Shown here one piece after another: positions 36,091-40,328 of a stretch of 40,328 nucleotides of DNA. The stretch is taken from IMG/VR virus record IMGVR_UViG_3300032225_000583, positions 1 through 40,328 of that record, one strand, 5' to 3'. Below the pieces are notes generated by a model. The model ran no database searches, was not told the DNA's origin, and saw only the letters and a program-made list of their open reading frames with translations. This stretch comes from a virus. Taxonomy: Duplodnaviria; Caudoviricetes. Position 1 is the stretch's first letter; each line of letters starts with the position of its first letter. The position numbers and the translations under genes were made by a program.

Positions 36091-36543
36091 TTAAGGGCGA
36101 GCTACGCCCATAACCAGGGAGTAGGAACGTTTCTTTAGAAACACACCATCTCCGTTTGATTGACTTCCCTTAGTATCTGCTGAGGTATTACCCTCATAGA
36201 CCATAAGGAAACCTTTACCGTCATTGCTTGCACAAATACCAACGTGATCCGCTTGAGGATCTTTGTCAAACTGAAAGAAAACAATATCACCAGCCTGAGC
36301 CTGTCCAACTGGAACGATCTTGTTATTCTTAGTAAACCATTTAAGTCCCACATCGCAGGAGGCAAAGCCCTTCTTAGTCTGGGCTGCTACTTTAGATACT
36401 AATCCTGCTTGGTCATAACACCAAGATACAAACATCGCACACCAAGGTTGGTTGTTAAGACCAAACCATTTGCCATACATAGTGTCGTTATTGCCGGTCT
36501 CTTTGTAATTTAACTGAGACTTAGCAATATCAACTACATTCAT
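36091..36543 (-). CDS. CHAP-domain endolysin
   Basis: PWCAMFVSW, GDIVFF, DHVGI, EGNT. Confidence 0.92.
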   Translation of the reverse strand: MNVVDIAKSQLNYKETGNNDTMYGKWFGLNNQPWCAMFVSWCYDQAGLVSKVAAQTKKGFASCDVGLKWFTKNNKIVPVGQAQAGDIVFFQFDKDPQADHVGICASNDGKGFLMVYEGNTSADTKGSQSNGDGVFLKKRSYSLVMGVARP

Positions 36544-36764
36544 TTTTCTCCTAATTTAGTTTTAAGAATCAATAATTCTGTTTCAATTCTATCAACTGTA
36601 TCTTTCATTGATTCGCCACCATTGTTATAAAGTTGATACTCAATACGATCAAGGCGTTTATTCATTGTGTAAAAAAATTTAATTCCACCACCAATAATTA
36701 CTATGCTATCCAAAATAGCCCACATAGCACCAAAGAATAAGTTGTTGTTCATTAGGTCCATCAC
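36540..36764 (-). CDS. Single-TM membrane protein of the lysis cassette
   Basis: Hydrophobic helix then NGGESMKD..DRIE. Confidence 0.7.
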   Translation of the reverse strand: MMDLMNNNLFFGAMWAILDSIVIIGGGIKFFYTMNKRLDRIEYQLYNNGGESMKDTVDRIETELLILKTKLGEK

Positions 36765-36767
36765 GGT

Positions 36768-38729
36768 TTATACCTTTCGGATTGTTATAAGAAGCACACC
36801 ACCATAACCGGAGTAACGCTTATCTGTAGGAGTTTTGTTAATAAAGTCTTGCTCTTCGATTAGTCCTAGGTAAGTCTCGCCGGTTCGGAAATCTTGTATC
36901 AATACAGTATCTCCGACATCTTCTATTCGCTCTAGCACTTGTTGACGTGCATAAGCAGCACCGTCATAGCCAGCTTGGTTATTAAACTTATCCATTTCAA
37001 AGTCATAACACATAGCAGGGTATTGGATTAATCTCTGGCGTGGAATAGATGCAAGGGTATTAACTTGGTATCCGGTGAACTTAGGACCCAAAGTAGAATC
37101 ATCTGCATCTCTAGTAAAATCAAATTTAAATCCTAAATACTGCTGAGGTGTAGCAGGATAGGCAACACCAATTACGCCAAGGCTTGAGCCTTGCGGAAAA
37201 GAACCAAGAGTAATTTCAGTGTTATCAGCTTGTACAGAATAGATAGTTATACCACCATAAGTAGTATCAAAACGTGGTGTTAAAGTCTTAAAGATCTTAT
37301 TTTCTAAAGTGTTGTAACGGATAAAACCAGTCTCTAAGGTAGCAGTAGGTACCAAGGTAGTAGCTGATTCAATATAGACAGCGCCAGCAGTAGCCACATA
37401 GTTAGTTGTAAAAGTTAATTGAGTAGTGTTACCGTTAAAGGCACAGGCGGTAGTCAAGCGACCTGTAACACTAGGCTTATATAGATCCCAAGCGTAGGCA
37501 AAGACTAAGTTAGTTCCCACCTGTTGACCTAGATCTACTCTGGTTATGCCAGGGTTACCGTCAACATTGGTGGTACACCAAAGATATCTATCTCTAAACG
37601 CTACATCGTAGACAGCTTGCTCTGATTCAAATAACAAAGGACCATAGGCAAGGGAACCATTAGCATCGGATACGCTTGCTATACGTAAACCTTTAGAGGT
37701 TCCAATAGCCACATAACCTAAGTAATAAGCAACTCTAAATACTTTCTCACCTACTGGTAATTCAGCAGCAGTGATAGCGCTACTTAATGTAGGCATAGCA
37801 CCGGTAGTTTCTAAGGTGAACTTTAAGATATTAGATTGAATACCGCTATAGGCAGCAAGATAGATAGCGGCACCTGATGAGGTGATAGAGGTAAAAATTA
37901 TGTTTGGATTAGGATGTGTATAAACTGGGCTAGGTAATACTGAAGCGGTTGTAGCAATTTCATATACCTTGTTATTGATAGCAGCGACAAGACGCTCTTT
38001 AGTAAACTCAATAACTGCGTTAGTAACTGTAGTACCAACGGTAGTAAACATAAGGGTAGCTGCCGTGCTTGTATCAGCAGTTAATAACTTCTTATAAAGT
38101 GATAAGTTGCCACCAAGAGTTGCGTTGGTTATCCAATAGGCGTAGACGCCATCATCACAGACTGAGAATATAGTTGAATCAGTACCAGACACATTGGTCT
38201 GGAAAGCTGTAGCAGTTCCGCCAACTGAAATCTTACGAATAGTGTAATCATCGTGAAGTAGGATGCCATCAATACTGGACCAACGAATAGATCTGGCGTA
38301 TTGATATGGGCGCAAATTAGTGTTAATAGTTCCAGTGGTTGTATTGCTAGAGGTAACATCTTTAAGTAAGGTTACTTGACCTTTACTCCAGATGTCACAA
38401 CCTTTGGAATATTTATATTGGAAACGAAGTGATTCATCTTGTGCTGGTTCAAAGAACTTAATACCTTGACCTAAGTGAAATGTTGATTGAGAGCGGATCC
38501 ACCAACCGGTAAGAGTCTGCTCACCAGGTTCTCTGGTTGTATCTAATTGTTGCTTGCGATACTGCGCTGTTACTCTGCGGTATGGTGACTCATCACTTGT
38601 CTCTAGGAAGAATGGTTGTCCGCCAATAGCAATATCGTAGGCAACGGTTGATCCGCTATATGATGAATTAACTGGAGGGTTCGAGAGGGTATAGGGAATT
38701 GCCTCGGTAATATCATCGCCATAAGCCAT
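36768..38729 (-). CDS. Putative tail nozzle / tubular protein B-like
   Basis: 653 aa, beta-rich; function inferred from size and position. Confidence 0.55.
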   Translation of the reverse strand: MAYGDDITEAIPYTLSNPPVNSSYSGSTVAYDIAIGGQPFFLETSDESPYRRVTAQYRKQQLDTTREPGEQTLTGWWIRSQSTFHLGQGIKFFEPAQDESLRFQYKYSKGCDIWSKGQVTLLKDVTSSNTTTGTINTNLRPYQYARSIRWSSIDGILLHDDYTIRKISVGGTATAFQTNVSGTDSTIFSVCDDGVYAYWITNATLGGNLSLYKKLLTADTSTAATLMFTTVGTTVTNAVIEFTKERLVAAINNKVYEIATTASVLPSPVYTHPNPNIIFTSITSSGAAIYLAAYSGIQSNILKFTLETTGAMPTLSSAITAAELPVGEKVFRVAYYLGYVAIGTSKGLRIASVSDANGSLAYGPLLFESEQAVYDVAFRDRYLWCTTNVDGNPGITRVDLGQQVGTNLVFAYAWDLYKPSVTGRLTTACAFNGNTTQLTFTTNYVATAGAVYIESATTLVPTATLETGFIRYNTLENKIFKTLTPRFDTTYGGITIYSVQADNTEITLGSFPQGSSLGVIGVAYPATPQQYLGFKFDFTRDADDSTLGPKFTGYQVNTLASIPRQRLIQYPAMCYDFEMDKFNNQAGYDGAAYARQQVLERIEDVGDTVLIQDFRTGETYLGLIEEQDFINKTPTDKRYSGYGGVLLITIRKV

Positions 38730-38798
38730 TAGCTCTCCTTAGATTTGGACACAAAAAAGTAAGCCTTTTAACCTCGGTGCTTAGGAGAAACTAACTAG

Positions 38799-39140
38799 TT
38801 AAAAAGAAGTTGCTTCAACCCAAGAGGTTGTTGCTTCATCCCATTCATAAAATTTATCATCAGTTGGAATAAGTGTAGGTGCTTGCCAATCATAATTACT
38901 ATCTAATATCCAAGATAGATGCGGTTGTGGAGATATAAATACATCTGCATTAGCATCATAAGTATAACCAATACCAGCGTATTGTTTACGGATATTTCCA
39001 TTATATGAAGTTTGAATCCAAGTGCCGCCTAAGCCAAGATCATTAGCTAAGAACTCTGCGCCTCTATCTTCTAATGAATCATCAACTGCTAATACTCTTA
39101 TAACAATATTATTGCTATCTATTTCTGCAAAATTTGCCAT
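38799..39140 (-). CDS. Partner protein of Gly-rich fibre
   Basis: MANFAEID...WIQTSYNGNIRKQYAGIG...WDE..TSW. Confidence 0.75.
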   Translation of the reverse strand: MANFAEIDSNNIVIRVLAVDDSLEDRGAEFLANDLGLGGTWIQTSYNGNIRKQYAGIGYTYDANADVFISPQPHLSWILDSNYDWQAPTLIPTDDKFYEWDEATTSWVEATSF

Positions 39141-40087
39141 TAGAAAGTAATACTCCCAGTTCCTGTAAAGGTATAAATTCTATATCCACCAGTATTTGTT
39201 ACTGTAGGTGAACCTGTTGTTGCACTTGCTGCATTATAAGTATTTGGGTAACGAATAACTACAACACCTAAACCACCTGCGCCACCATCTGAACCAGAAG
39301 CACCGCTTGCATTAGCTCCACCACCACCACCGGTATTAGCAGTTCCTGCAGTTCCAGTGCCATATTGTGCTGCTCCACCGCCACCAGTTCCACCGGTACC
39401 TAGAGGAGTAAAATCAAAAGGAGGGTTATAAGCAGATGCTCCTCCACCGCCACCAGCATAATAAGTTGCAGTTCCTGAAATAGATGTTTGTATTCCTATT
39501 CCACCATTACCACCTGCGCTAGTAGTACCATCAACTCCGACTGCACCAGCACCGCCTCCACCACCACAACCAAGACCACCTGTATTTACTCCAGCACCAC
39601 CTGCATAACCTTGATTAGCAGTTCCTGCACCAGCAGCACGAAGTCCAGCGCCGCCACCGCCTGAACCACCAGTTCCAGCATCTTGAACAACAGGTCTGGA
39701 TGCACCACCGCCACCACCTGCTGTAGATATTGTTGTAAATCCTGAACCTGAAATAGATGAAGTGGAACCATTGGTACCTGTACGTCCAGCACCTGAAGTG
39801 CCAGTACCACCTGCTCCGCCAGCACCAACAGTTACTGTATAAACAACTCCAGGGCTAACTGAAGCAGCAGAAGGTAAAGTACCTCCACCACCAGTTGCTC
39901 CAACAGTGCATTTTAATCCGCCCGCACCACCACCACCACCATATTCTTTTCCACCACCACCGCCACCTGCAATTACAAGGTAATCAATAGTTGGAGTTAC
40001 TGGATTGTAAAAAGCATTTCCCACCAACATATTTACATATCTAGTATTGTTGTTAATAGATGAACGTTTAAAACTGGTAAGTGTCAT
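39140..40087 (-). CDS. Glycine-rich domain virion protein (putative fibre/adhesin)
   Basis: YLVIAGGGGGG, YAGGGGG, ANTGGGGG, VVVIRYP. Confidence 0.75.
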   Translation of the reverse strand: MTLTSFKRSSINNNTRYVNMLVGNAFYNPVTPTIDYLVIAGGGGGGKEYGGGGGAGGLKCTVGATGGGGTLPSAASVSPGVVYTVTVGAGGAGGTGTSGAGRTGTNGSTSSISGSGFTTISTAGGGGGASRPVVQDAGTGGSGGGGAGLRAAGAGTANQGYAGGAGVNTGGLGCGGGGGAGAVGVDGTTSAGGNGGIGIQTSISGTATYYAGGGGGASAYNPPFDFTPLGTGGTGGGGAAQYGTGTAGTANTGGGGGANASGASGSDGGAGGLGVVVIRYPNTYNAASATTGSPTVTNTGGYRIYTFTGTGSITF

Positions 40088-40089
40088 AA

Positions 40090-40328
40090 CTATTCCTCAA
40101 TAATTGTAGGAGTTACGAAATTTGTTCCATCCCATTGATCGCCAATACTTGCATATTGGTTTCTAAATTTGGCGTTGAATGAAGTTTGTAACCATTCGCC
40201 TTCAAATCCAGATTCAGCCAACACCGCTTGACCCAATGGTTCACTATCAGGAAAATCTAATGTGCCGTGATCTTTGTGGTATTCCTCTTGATAATCCCAA
40301 TGATCTTTGCCAATGCAATTACCAATTG
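40090..40328 (-). CDS. 3' part of the junction-spanning protein starting at 187
   Basis: ...GEWLQTSFNAKFRNQYASIGDQWDG...; TAG at 40090. Confidence 0.85.
   Translation of the reverse strand, partial: IGNCIGKDHWDYQEEYHKDHGTLDFPDSEPLGQAVLAESGFEGEWLQTSFNAKFRNQYASIGDQWDGTNFVTPTIIEE
40206..40328. repeat. 123-bp direct terminal repeat, copy 2
   Basis: Identical to 1-123. Confidence 0.95.

Noticed and set aside
38752-38787. Terminator between the fibre partner and the 653-aa tail gene
   Set aside because: A minus-strand U-tract is present but the stem is only ~5 bp with a large loop; too weak to call.
40206-40328. 123-bp repeat as a biological terminal repeat
   Set aside because: It falls in the middle of a tail-module ORF, so it is best explained as assembler overlap of a circular contig.

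Overview
The window is an apparently complete, circularly assembled ~40.2-kb tailed phage genome. Bases 1-123 repeat exactly at 40206-40328, and one ORF reads through that junction. A WhiB-family gene, an Ntn/proteasome-like peptidase and a podovirus-like gene order suggest an actinobacterial host, possibly low-GC freshwater Actinomycetota (inference). There are three main blocks. (i) A long minus-strand virion/lysis operon runs from 21856 to 1 and continues 40205-35893: terminase, portal, three putative internal proteins, scaffold, major capsid, a run of tiny basic proteins, collagen-like and Gly-rich fibres, a GT2-TPR glycosyltransferase, tail proteins, CHAP endolysin and holin. (ii) A plus-strand early block of microproteins, a lytic transglycosylase and a methylase spans 22708-25116. 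(iii) A minus-strand replication/modification block spans 35444-25298. I saw no integrase, DNA polymerase, tRNA or CRISPR array. The best candidate for an undescribed system is at the convergent junction 25117-25297. It looks like a pair of small RNAs, and the minus-strand one displays UCCUAU in both hairpin loops, complementary to the AUAGGA ribosome-binding sites of the two early leaders, which also share a GTGAGC-N4-GCTCA(C/T) hairpin. Other leads are a BclA/SgtA-like collagen-glycosylation locus, circularly permuted tandem Gly-rich fibre modules, a HypB-like MCxxCGC micropeptide and structured RNA leaders. All calls come from reading motifs by eye; no searches or folding programs were run.
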